The notes: generated from the letters alone by a model not told the origin. 25,774 nucleotides of DNA from Candidatus Heimdallarchaeota archaeon (GCA_018238545.1 JABCTC010000049.1:1-25774); one strand, 5' to 3'. Counted from the stretch's first letter, positions 9,515 through 18,974 are shown. A program made the numbers and translations.

Positions 9515-9883
9515 ATGAGTAGTAATAAGGAAAAATCTAAAGAAACTAAGCTAAATTATAAAATTGAAGATCTGAAAAGATTCTTGAAAACTCGAAAGAT
9601 GTTTATAATCGTGCTTGTTTTCTCGCAATTGTGGGTTTCTGTATTATCCTTCATTACAACTCAATTTGTTTACATAAATACACTGGATTGTTATGCAGCA
9701 ACATTTATTGCAAGAGTTGTTCCTGTATCCTTTTTTCTAGTACAAGCTCTGAATGCTGCGTTTATAATCTATTTATTTGAAAAGAAACATATTGGCAAAA
9801 AAACAGCTTTCTTCTTACCTATGACCAATTTAATAATCTCTGGAATAGTATTTGCTTTATTATATGTTACACCCATATGTTAA
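9515..9883 (+). CDS. Hypothetical membrane protein (3 TM)
   Basis: Charged N-terminus followed by three hydrophobic segments; ATG 9515 is in frame with ORF 9461. Confidence 0.6.
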   Translation: MSSNKEKSKETKLNYKIEDLKRFLKTRKMFIIVLVFSQLWVSVLSFITTQFVYINTLDCYAATFIARVVPVSFFLVQALNAAFIIYLFEKKHIGKKTAFFLPMTNLIISGIVFALLYVTPIC

Positions 9884-9911
9884 CGAGAGAATTATGTATA
9901 GAATTTTTTTA

Positions 9912-11321
9912 CTATGGCATTATTGCTATAAGGAGCATTGAATAACCTATACTGAGTACAGCGAAAGTAAGTGTTAATGGTAACATCTTCTTAACATATT
10001 GTAAAAATGACATAGGATGCCCTTCTCTCTTAAGAATTTCAAGCGCCATTAAAATTGTTATAGAACCTAAAGGTGTAAGTGCTCCTCCTATATTTCCAGA
10101 AAGAACAAAACCTATCCATAATCCTGATGAAATCCCTGCAGGGAGAGATTTGAAAAGATATGAAAATATTAATGCAGCAGAAGATCCATTTAGAAACCCT
10201 GTAATGGGTAGTCCTATAACGCCTATGATGAGTGCTACTAATATCTGGCCGCTGATTGTGGGAGTATCTCCTAAAACACCTCCTAAGATGTTATTCAGCG
10301 GATAAAGTGCACCGGCTGCAGTTAAAACACCCATTAGAACAAATAGCGCAATGAAGAAAACAACAATATTCCATTCAACCCCTTCTTCGAGGTAATGCTT
10401 CAAATCAGCTCTAAAAAGAAAGATTCCAATCATCGTTGTAATTAAAGATACCAAAGCTACATCTATTGGATTCCCTTTGATACTAGTGAGTAGAAAACCA
10501 ACAAAAAGAACTCCTAGAAGAATTATAGATTTCCAAATATTCATACGATCTTCAATGCCAGACCAAGGGTTTATTCTAGCTAATTGTTCTTTCTTTTCTT
10601 CAGGTACTTCCTTAAAAATTTCTTTCTTGTATATAAGGAAGAAGAATCCAGTTGCTAAACCAAAGAAAATTATTGCGATTGGAAGCATATAAGCCATAAA
10701 AAGGATGAAGTTTATCCCTTCTCCCGCATACAAGTTGTAAAATATAATATTAGGGAGTGACGAAACAGGTGTTGGTAGTCCCCCTATTATAGTATTTATT
10801 CCTACGAAAAGCACAAATGGTCTTGGATTTATCTCTAGCTGTTTACAAATAACTACTGTTAATGATCCTAACAGAATTATTGCACTTAAATTATCAAAAA
10901 ACATTGAAACAAAGAATGTTAATCCACCTAATGCTACGAGAAGTTTTTTTGGATCTCCTTTAGTCAATTTAACTATAGACAATGAGATGAAATCAAAGAA
11001 TCCAGCACCTTTTGTGATAGCTACAATTATGCTTACAGAGAAAATTATTATTATCGCTTCAACATTGACCGTTTTGGCTAAAGCTTCCAGAAAATGCTCC
11101 GTTTCAGCTGTATCATATTCTAGATTATTCACGAATCCTGTTTCCCAGTCCATGAAAATCAAATATATGAGAGAGACAATAAGTGCTCCAGTTACTGTTA
11201 TCTTCGTTGCATCTACTCCCTCTTTCATCAGTAATAAAATAGTGGCTAATACGATAATAACAATAATAATTGTTATGATTCAATCAAAATCTCCTATCAT
11301 ATCTGCCAATATACTAGCCAA
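9912..11321 (-). CDS. ArsB/NhaD/SLC13 (IT superfamily) permease; in-frame TGA at 11280-11282
   Basis: SMFFDN, IGGLPTPVSSLPN, NIGGALTPLGS motifs and many TMs. The frame continues upstream of ATG 11228 through a hydrophobic helix, a TGA, and on to TTG 11321 preceded by GGGTG. Confidence 0.85.
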
Positions 11322-11424
11322 CTGTACACCCTTATCTAATTTTAAACTTAGATTTGCGATGAATAATCACATTTCTTTGAATGTTGCTCAGTTTATATGA
11401 GCAGGAAATTAGAATTTTATATTT

Positions 11425-13074
11425 TTATTCAAATTCCATTCTAGAGGAAACTTCTTCAACTTCTTCTTTTTCCTCTTCTTCATCTTCATCTTCTTTTTCT
11501 TCTAATTCCTCTTTTATTTCTTCGATTACTTTCTCTTTCAGTTCCTTCTTAGGTTCTTTGAGATCACGTTTAAGCTCAAATTTGATTTCTTCCTTGATTT
11601 CTTCCTTGATTTCTTCTAGAATCGATTCTTTAAGCTCTTCCATGCTTTCTTCTGTTTTTAGTTCCTTAGAGACTTCTCTCTTAACTTCTCTCTTTGGCTC
11701 TTCTTTTATTTCTTTTTTCACTTCTTTTTTGATTTCCTCAATAACTTCTTCTTTCACTTCTTCTTTGATTTCTTCTATATCAGTCATTTCGGTTTCCTTC
11801 TCGTTTTCTTTTTCTAATAAATCTAACTCTTCAAGTTTTTTGTCAACTTTAGTATCTATTTCTTCTTCTTGCTTCTCATCCTTGGTTTTTTCTTCTTCTT
11901 TTTCTTCATTATTTCCAAGAATTTCCTGTTTTATTTCTTCTTTAATTTGTTCTTTCAAAGATTCATCAATTACTATTATTTCCTTTTCTTCCTCTTCTTC
12001 TTCTTTGATGATTTCTTCTTCTACAATCTCTACGTCCACTTTTTCTTCAGTAGTATCATCGGTTTCTTCTTCATCAATTACTGCTTTCTTTGTTTCTTCC
12101 TTGCGTTTAGCAATAAGTATTGGAAAAGTAATCTCACGATCTTCTAATAATTCAAAAAAATAAGAATATAAGCTTGAATGTTTGGTTGGCATATATATGA
12201 TTAAAATCCCAACATCTTTTCCAAACGAGTTTATTTCATCTTTGAATTCCTCCATTGTGTTTGATGTTATAAGAAGGTACTCAATGAATCTTGATGCTTC
12301 TTTGAACACTTCAGAGTTTGCTCTGTCAAACCTTTCCATTTCTTCTTTGTTCTTTTTGACAAATTCCACAAATTCATCCTCACTCTTGTCTTCGTGATAA
12401 TTTTGATCCACATTAATTAAGCAATGAATCTCACCTTTTTTTAGACTTAATGTGAGAGCTTTTTCAGTAAGATAACTCAATTGTAAGCTGTTACTTGCAA
12501 TAATACAAGTATTTTTCCAAAGTAATTCGACGTTGATTTTATCACTTTGAATCAAAAGAATTGGAATCTCTTTTACTTCTTCAAGAAGATAATCAAAAAT
12601 ATCTCCCATAACAGTGATGTTAGGTTCAGATTCACCTTCTTCTTCTATCTCTGTTATTCCAATGAAGGACGATGGTACAATTATTAACTCATAGTCTCCT
12701 TCCTTTAAGATAGCATCAATAATGCTTCTCAGCATCTCCACGCTCTCTACAACTTGTCCTTTAATCTCGAATTCATCACTTCGCAAGTGTTCGTATGCAA
12801 ATGTAAGTGAATCTTCGTAACTTTCTTTTGATGTCTTTGTTTCAGTAGGAATGCTTTCGGAATAGAAACAGACAACATCAATTTTTGTACCAAAATGACG
12901 ATTTAATTGTTCTGCTACTAAGACTGAAGTTCTAGATATTGATGTTCCATCAATTAGTACAAGAGCCTTTTTGGCAGGATCTGGCTGAGGTCTAACAGAA
13001 GGGAGCAGTGCTGCAAATTTCTGCAATGTCTTTTCTATTTCTGTCTTCTGTTTATCTCTATCTTGAATGCTCAT
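11425..13074 (-). CDS. Universal-stress-protein-like (probably tandem USP) protein with long Glu/Lys-rich C-terminal tail
   Basis: KKALVLIDGTSISRTSVLVAEQL...ELIIVP...MGDIFDYLL...IPILLI resembles the USP consensus. A second degenerate unit ends FPILIAK. The last ~225 aa are low-complexity. Confidence 0.7.
   Translation of the reverse strand: MSIQDRDKQKTEIEKTLQKFAALLPSVRPQPDPAKKALVLIDGTSISRTSVLVAEQLNRHFGTKIDVVCFYSESIPTETKTSKESYEDSLTFAYEHLRSDEFEIKGQVVESVEMLRSIIDAILKEGDYELIIVPSSFIGITEIEEEGESEPNITVMGDIFDYLLEEVKEIPILLIQSDKINVELLWKNTCIIASNSLQLSYLTEKALTLSLKKGEIHCLINVDQNYHEDKSEDEFVEFVKKNKEEMERFDRANSEVFKEASRFIEYLLITSNTMEEFKDEINSFGKDVGILIIYMPTKHSSLYSYFFELLEDREITFPILIAKRKEETKKAVIDEEETDDTTEEKVDVEIVEEEIIKEEEEEEKEIIVIDESLKEQIKEEIKQEILGNNEEKEEEKTKDEKQEEEIDTKVDKKLEELDLLEKENEKETEMTDIEEIKEEVKEEVIEEIKKEVKKEIKEEPKREVKREVSKELKTEESMEELKESILEEIKEEIKEEIKFELKRDLKEPKKELKEKVIEEIKEELEEKEDEDEEEEKEEVEEVSSRMEFE
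11430..12105 (-). repeat. Low-complexity coding repeat, E-E-[IVL]-K tetrads
   Basis: EEIKEEVKEEVIEEIKKEVKKEIK...EEIKEEIKEEIK; 12-nt unit ttgatttcttcc repeated near 11582-11616. Confidence 0.8.
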
Positions 13075-13306
13075 CAGAAACTCTTTTCATCTTTCCCTAA
13101 AAAAGATTACCATCATAATCACAAACTATTTTCTCTCTAAATGTCTTGTAACAGTAACCATATTGACAATGAAGCGTTTTTTCTCTTTATTTTAGTAAGC
13201 ATATAAATAAATGTAATATTAGAAGCAATTCTGACGAAAAATCACTTTTTTTGAGGTTATTTGTAAATAAACAAAATTTATAGAAGACTAAGAATGTACT
13301 AAATTG

Positions 13307-13816
13307 ATGATGTTTTTTAAAAAGCAAAGAAAAGAGAATATTTTCAGGGAAGGGGTTATTGTAACTCTATCTTTCATCTCTTCTGCAGCTTTTTTACTTA
13401 TTTTGAATTTACTCTTCCCAGCTGCTTTACTTGTAGCTTTTTCAATAGTGTTCTTCGCACTGGTTGCAGTTGTGTTGTTCATGATATTTTTTATCCCAGC
13501 AACTGAAATGAAAGGAAGTGCAATTCTGTTATATTTATGGAATGAATTACTGTTTACATTTGTAGCAATTCCACTTGCTATCATATGTATTCTAATCTTA
13601 CCCGTCTCAATCTATATATTATTTTTTTCAGGACATGCTACTGAAGTGATAATCTTTGCAGCTATTTTTACTTTTAGCTTACAGATAACCTCTCTTATCT
13701 ATACTGGAATAAAATTGTGGTTATCGTCCAGATCAAGTGGGAATATAGTGCCAATCAAAGTAGATAAGGATCCAATTGAGCAGTTGCTAAACAGTTTTCC
13801 AAATTTAGAAGATTAA
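13307..13816 (+). CDS. Hypothetical membrane protein (~4 TM)
   Basis: Hydrophobic ORF; no motif recognised. Confidence 0.6.
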   Translation: MMFFKKQRKENIFREGVIVTLSFISSAAFLLILNLLFPAALLVAFSIVFFALVAVVLFMIFFIPATEMKGSAILLYLWNELLFTFVAIPLAIICILILPVSIYILFFSGHATEVIIFAAIFTFSLQITSLIYTGIKLWLSSRSSGNIVPIKVDKDPIEQLLNSFPNLED

Positions 13817-13874
13817 AATTTTCTATCCACAGCAAAATTCTTTTATTGCGTGTAAATCTTTTTATCGTAATTAG

Positions 13875-14963
13875 GTGATATTATTGCACAAAAAATTATG
13901 GATTCCAGGACCAACAGAGGTCAAAGAAGATGTTCTCATGGAACAAGCAAAACCTCTATTCGGCCATAGAAGTAAAGATTTTACACTACTTTATGATAGT
14001 GTATTGACACAACTCCGAGAATTTTTCAAAACAGAACAACATGTTTTAGTTATAACAGCTTCTGGAACAATATTCATGGATATAGCAGCACGAAATCTAA
14101 TTACTAATGAAGGTAAGGCTCTGTGCTGTGTAAATGGTTCATTCTCTTCAAGGATGCATAAAGCTATTATTGATAGTGGGAAGAAAGCAGATCGTATGGA
14201 AATAGATTGGGGAAAAGCTGTAACCGTTGAAATGATCAAAGAGAAACTAGAAACATCCAATTATGAAGCTGTAACATTTTGTTATAATGAAACCAGTACT
14301 GGAGTTAAAGCCGATCTTAAAGCAATTGGAGAGCTATTGAAAAATTATCCTGATACACTCCTAGTCGTTGATGCTGTATCATCAATGGGTGGAGATATGT
14401 TGTTGCCTGATGAATGGGGAACTGACCTTGTTTTTGCATCTACACAGAAATGTTTTGCATTACCTCCAGGTCTTGCTATTGGAATTGTCTCACAAAAGGC
14501 ACTAGATCGAGCAAAAACTGTTCCAGATAAAGGTATGTACATCAACCTAGAAGCTATATTAGGGTATTATGATAAGAAGAAACAAACACCATCAACACCT
14601 AATATTTCACTGCTTACAGCATTTGATTACAAACTTAAACAAATGTTAACAGAAGGTGCAGAAAATATCTACAGACGTCATAAAGAGATGGCTGATTACA
14701 CACATGAATGGGCATTAAAACATGGTTTTGGTCTATTTGCAGAAGAAGGCTTCAGATCGGTTACTGTTACAACCGTTGATAATAGAGAAAAGAACATGGA
14801 TATCGATGCTCTTAACAAAGCTTTAGCTGAGAAAGGTCTTGTAATTGCTAATGGCTATGGTCCATTCAAAGGAAAGACTTTCCGAATAGGACATATGGGT
14901 GATCATACCCTCGATGGTTTAAAGGAGCTTTTAGCTGCCATTGAAGAAATCTGGGAATTATAA
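13875..14963 (+). CDS. Class V PLP aminotransferase (alanine-glyoxylate/serine-pyruvate type; probable archaeal phosphoserine aminotransferase)
   Basis: IPGPT, NETSTG, VDAVSS, STQKCFALPPG (PLP Lys), FRIGHMG; directly upstream of serA. Start may be TTG 13884 after AGGTGA. Confidence 0.9.
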   Translation: MILLHKKLWIPGPTEVKEDVLMEQAKPLFGHRSKDFTLLYDSVLTQLREFFKTEQHVLVITASGTIFMDIAARNLITNEGKALCCVNGSFSSRMHKAIIDSGKKADRMEIDWGKAVTVEMIKEKLETSNYEAVTFCYNETSTGVKADLKAIGELLKNYPDTLLVVDAVSSMGGDMLLPDEWGTDLVFASTQKCFALPPGLAIGIVSQKALDRAKTVPDKGMYINLEAILGYYDKKKQTPSTPNISLLTAFDYKLKQMLTEGAENIYRRHKEMADYTHEWALKHGFGLFAEEGFRSVTVTTVDNREKNMDIDALNKALAEKGLVIANGYGPFKGKTFRIGHMGDHTLDGLKELLAAIEEIWEL

Positions 14964-14976
14964 AGGTGAAAAACAA

Positions 14977-15900
14977 ATGCCAAAAATAATACTAACTGAC
15001 AAATTAAATGAAAAAGCAGTTGAGGTTTTAGAAGCAGCTGGTTTTGAAGTAAAAGTTGCTTGGGATATTCCCAAGGAGGACCTCCCAAAAATTATTGGTA
15101 ATTTTGATGCAATTATTGTAAGATCTGCTACAAAAGTAAGAGGAGATTTATTTGACAAGGCAGTTAATCTCAAAGTAATAGGAAGAGCTGGTGTAGGTCT
15201 TGATAACATTGACATGGAAACAGCACTTGCACGAAACATCAAAGTTGTAAATACTCCTGCAGCTACAACCAACTCTGTTGCTGAATTAGCATTAACGATG
15301 ATTCTAGCTTCAACACGTGATGTAGTTAAAGGTACTTGTGAAATCAAATCTGATCCAAGTAGTTTCAAAACTCTGAAGAAAGAATTATTCTCCCGTGAAA
15401 TTGATGGTAAAACTCTAGGATTAATAGGGACTGGACGAATTGGTACAAGTCTTGCAGTCAAATGCAAAGCTCTAGGCATGAACGTGATTGGATATGACGC
15501 TTTTGTTGCCGAGAACCCTGTTGTAGATATGAAACCTTCAATGGATGATATACTCAAAGAAGCTGATTTTATTAGTCTCCATCTTCCTCTAAATGAAGAC
15601 ACCAAACATATGATTGGAAAAGAAGCTATTGCTAAGATGAAAAAAACTACTGTTTTAATTAACTGTGCTAGAGGTGGAATAGTTGACGAAACAGCTGCAC
15701 ACGCAGCATTAGAATCTGGGGATTTAGGCTACTATTGTACAGATGTTTTCGAAATTGAACCTCCAACCAAAGATAATCCTCTACTTCATCATGAAAATGT
15801 TATAATCAGTCCTCACATTGGTGCTCAAACGGCAGAAGGAAATATGAGAGCTAGTGTTCAAGCAGCTGAAAGAGTTATAGACGCTTTTAAAGAACTTTAA
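14977..15900 (+). CDS. serA: D-3-phosphoglycerate dehydrogenase (short form without ACT domain) / D-2-hydroxyacid dehydrogenase
   Basis: VRSATKV, IGRAGVGLDNID, GTGRIG, INCARGG, DVFEIEPP, SPHIGAQT. AGGTGA RBS precedes ATG 14977. Confidence 0.88.
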   Translation: MPKIILTDKLNEKAVEVLEAAGFEVKVAWDIPKEDLPKIIGNFDAIIVRSATKVRGDLFDKAVNLKVIGRAGVGLDNIDMETALARNIKVVNTPAATTNSVAELALTMILASTRDVVKGTCEIKSDPSSFKTLKKELFSREIDGKTLGLIGTGRIGTSLAVKCKALGMNVIGYDAFVAENPVVDMKPSMDDILKEADFISLHLPLNEDTKHMIGKEAIAKMKKTTVLINCARGGIVDETAAHAALESGDLGYYCTDVFEIEPPTKDNPLLHHENVIISPHIGAQTAEGNMRASVQAAERVIDAFKEL

Positions 15901-16006
15901 TATCTCTAATCTAAAGGAATAAACCATTCCTTTTTTTCTTACCACTTTTGTATAAATTATAGCATTCTTTCTGTACAATCTTTTTGGTGTTTAAATAGAC
16001 CAGTGT

Positions 16007-16166
16007 AGATTATGTGTTGAAGGATTGTAGCTATGCACTAGTCCTATAGTGATCCTCGGGGCTACATCCAACAAAAATCTCAAAGCGAACCGTAAGCATC
16101 TTTGCATGAAGCTGTGGGCGGTGTAGGAGGGGCTGTGGCGTCCCCATGATGTGCTCAGGCACTTCT
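16007..16166 (+). ncRNA. Candidate structured non-coding RNA, family unassigned
   Basis: About 52% GC island (16021-16160, hand count) without an ORF; long hairpin, second hairpin and three-way junction. G-U pairs favour the + strand. TTTAAATA at 15990-15997. Confidence 0.55.
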
Positions 16167-16242
16167 AAAGAATTTGTACAAAATTCATGTCATTAGAACA
16201 TACAAGAAACATTTAAGATAATCCTTAATCACAGCAATAATC

Positions 16243-17292
16243 ATGAAGATTGCTTTAGTAGGTTTAGGTGCTATCGGAGCTATTGTAGCAGCTGATATAG
16301 CAAAAAGTGGTTATCCAATTTACATTCCTTGCAAATATCAAGAAACTTTGGACATAGTTAAAGAGCGAGGGATTAAGGTTACAGGAGTAAATGGCGAATA
16401 TATCGTAAAAGATAATCTCCATCCAGTTTTGGCTATTGAGGATTTACCTGCTAATCTTGATATTGTTTTTCTTGTTACAAAGTTAAATGATATAGAAGAT
16501 GCTATAAAACGACTGGAAGACAAATTGAGCACAAATTATACTTTAATTACTATGACTAATGGGATGATTGAGGAAAAACTATGTCCTAAACTTGGAAGTG
16601 ACCATTTAATTGGCTGTGTTACAAGTTTTGGTGCAACAAAAACTGGGCATGCTGAATCCGATAAAACATCATCAGGGGAAATGGTTGTTGGAAGGTTAGA
16701 TGGTCGTAAAAGAGAAGTTGATGATAAAATCATTGAAATGTTATCTACTACTGTCCCTACTACTTGGTCCGATAATGTGAGAAATGAAAAATTTTCCAAG
16801 TTACTTATTAACCTATCAGTAGCTTCTTTTGGCGTTATAAGTGGTATGACTCTAGGTGAAATGCTTCAAAGGAGAATGACAAGAATAGCTTTTCTTACTG
16901 TTATGACAGAAGGAGCAAAAGTAGCTGATGTAAAAGGAATTGAACTTCAAAAACTAAACAACTTGAATCTCAATTTCTTAGTTCTAACAAAGCAAGAATT
17001 ACATGGTTTTTCATTCAAGCATTACGTTAAGCAGACCATAATAAAAATAATCAGAAGAAAGTATAAGGATCTAAAATCCTCCAGTCTTCAATCAATTGAA
17101 CGTGGAAAGAAGACCGAGATAGACTTCCTCAATGGATACTTAGTTGTTGAAGGCGAGAAGTTTGGTGTTGAGACTCCCTTGAATAAATATGTTCTAGAAA
17201 CAATTCAATCAATTGAGCAAGGAGAAGAATCACCATCTTTGGAAGGATTAAAGCGTTTAGAAGAGAAAACAAAAGAAATTTGGGGACTCTGA
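16243..17292 (+). CDS. panE: 2-dehydropantoate 2-reductase (ketopantoate reductase)
   Basis: GLGAIG, TNG, KLLIN, SSLQSIERGKKTEIDFLNG, TPLN motifs. Confidence 0.9.
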   Translation: MKIALVGLGAIGAIVAADIAKSGYPIYIPCKYQETLDIVKERGIKVTGVNGEYIVKDNLHPVLAIEDLPANLDIVFLVTKLNDIEDAIKRLEDKLSTNYTLITMTNGMIEEKLCPKLGSDHLIGCVTSFGATKTGHAESDKTSSGEMVVGRLDGRKREVDDKIIEMLSTTVPTTWSDNVRNEKFSKLLINLSVASFGVISGMTLGEMLQRRMTRIAFLTVMTEGAKVADVKGIELQKLNNLNLNFLVLTKQELHGFSFKHYVKQTIIKIIRRKYKDLKSSSLQSIERGKKTEIDFLNGYLVVEGEKFGVETPLNKYVLETIQSIEQGEESPSLEGLKRLEEKTKEIWGL

Positions 17293-17301
17293 AGCTTTTT
17301 T

Positions 17302-18774
17302 TCATATGCATCTATCTACAGCAGAAGAACCCCTTTCATCATATTCTGCTTTTGTTACCCAGAGGTTTCTTTCATTGAAAATTTTTAAAGAAGAAAGAAT
17401 TGATCCTCCAATCCAACTTTTAATTAATCTGTTACTATCAGCTTCAACTTTAATCTCTATATGGTCTGGTATCTTGCTTCTAATATCTGAATAGAATCTT
17501 TCCCTGAAACCTCTATATAATGTTCCTCCACCGATTAGAACAATGTTTGATAAAACAAATTTAAGCAAATCTGAATCACATTTCTGAGCAGATTCTATTA
17601 CAGCATCAGTTAAATCTCCAGGTTCCCCTGTTACACTCAATGGTTCATTTCGGAAAAGTATTTCAGGTGCTTTGAACAAAATTTCATCATATTTTACGAA
17701 ATTGTCGTTGATGATATTTGCAGATCTTATTTGTTTGTCCGTTTTTTGCCAAATCTGTTTTTCTTTCTTAGGATTTTCCGATACATAACACAATTCTTCA
17801 GTAGCATATCTTATGTTTCTATCTATGATATTTCTTTGATTTATAGTCCCTTTAAACTGAGTAATACGTTTGTTAGTATAGTCTTTCATTAATTTAGTAA
17901 CATCATTTGCACCTATATTTCGAATACTAATACTATGACTAATTAGATAACCATCATATATGGGAAGGATTCTAGTTGCAGAAGCACCAATATTTACAAC
18001 TAATCCCGTCACATTTCCATCAGCATAAAGTGACATTAACTCCTTTATTGTGAAATATACTTTGGAGATGCTAAATTGGTCAAATAGAATTCTAGCAATT
18101 TTTCTTCTAATAACCTTTGTTTGTTCATAAACTCCAATATATTCAAGCAATTTTTCCTTACGAAGAATATTTTTTGCATTTTCAGGTAGAGACGAATTGT
18201 TTATCACATCTTTTCTTCCCTTAAGGTAATCAACATAACTGTCCCTCTGAGGCCTCTCAAGAATCATTATTGCTATTTTCGAGGATTCTACTTTCATTTT
18301 CTCAAATATGTGGCTAAAGAAAATCTCAAGATGTTTTAAATCTATTTTTTCTTCTACGTTGTCTGTTTCAAGATAAACGGGAGCTTTTTTTACTATTTTC
18401 TTCTTTGGAATAACATCTAGACTTTGAATAAATGTGTCTCCATCAGTAGAATAAAAAATTACAGATTCAAAAATGTATCTTGGTTGATTTTCACCTGCAA
18501 AACCTACTTTTGTAAAACTTGATCCTAAGTCAATTACTATGGTTGTAGGATTTTTCATTCTTACAACTAATTTGACCTCCTCAATTTGATTCTTAAAAAC
18601 ACCTTGGGATTTCATTAAATCAATATTTTTTAAAAACTTAGAACATAGCTCACAATAATAACCAATTGTGATCCACTTACGTTGTTCAGTCCCCTTCCTT
18701 ATATAGACTCTCTGCATAGCTTTTCCGCAATGTTTTGGTCTAGTTTTTTGCAGTTTTTCGGGCATATCTTCCAC
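17302..18774 (-). CDS. Actin-related protein with N-terminal Zn-ribbon-like extension
   Basis: IVIDLGSSFTKVGFAGENQP, SLYADG..TGLVVNIG, PIYDGY, EELCYV, APEILF, IVLIGGGTLYRG, WIGGSILSSL and WVTKAEYDERG match actin. The N-terminus has KHCG...CELC. Confidence 0.93.
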   Translation of the reverse strand: MEDMPEKLQKTRPKHCGKAMQRVYIRKGTEQRKWITIGYYCELCSKFLKNIDLMKSQGVFKNQIEEVKLVVRMKNPTTIVIDLGSSFTKVGFAGENQPRYIFESVIFYSTDGDTFIQSLDVIPKKKIVKKAPVYLETDNVEEKIDLKHLEIFFSHIFEKMKVESSKIAIMILERPQRDSYVDYLKGRKDVINNSSLPENAKNILRKEKLLEYIGVYEQTKVIRRKIARILFDQFSISKVYFTIKELMSLYADGNVTGLVVNIGASATRILPIYDGYLISHSISIRNIGANDVTKLMKDYTNKRITQFKGTINQRNIIDRNIRYATEELCYVSENPKKEKQIWQKTDKQIRSANIINDNFVKYDEILFKAPEILFRNEPLSVTGEPGDLTDAVIESAQKCDSDLLKFVLSNIVLIGGGTLYRGFRERFYSDIRSKIPDHIEIKVEADSNRLIKSWIGGSILSSLKIFNERNLWVTKAEYDERGSSAVDRCI

Positions 18775-18823
18775 TTGTGCTATATTTACTTAATTAACTA
18801 CAATTATTAAAGATTACCAAGGG

Positions 18824-18843
18824 TATATCATATTAATGATATA
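18824..18843. promoter_or_regulatory. Perfect inverted repeat TATATCAT-N4-ATGATATA, possible operator
   Basis: Lies 50 bp upstream of the actin-like gene in the divergent intergenic region. Confidence 0.35.
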
Positions 18844-18974
18844 TCGTCCCGTAATGGTATATCCTTTCTGACATATGTGATTTGTGCTGGATGTAATGGA
18901 AGAAGTAAGATTTTTTCATACTGATATATTAGGGGTCAAGGAAAAAATTAAAAAAGAGTAAATAATGAAAACGC

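Noticed and set aside
11280-11282. Genome-wide TGA=Trp recoding
   Set aside because: TGA terminates panE, actin, ACP-like, LLM and PAS genes at expected positions, and Trp is TGG elsewhere.
11381-12397. Ser/Phe-rich plus-strand ORFs (11381..12163, 11869..12147, 12182..12397)
   Set aside because: Antisense shadows of the USP-like gene, mainly its Glu/Lys-rich tail.
16007-16166. SRP RNA, RNase P, 5S rRNA, tRNA-Sec, SECIS, group II intron domain V, or C/D or H/ACA guide
   Set aside because: No SRP helix-8 motif, RNase P P4 consensus, cloverleaf, tandem GA core, C/D pair or K-turn was found; resemblances are partial only.
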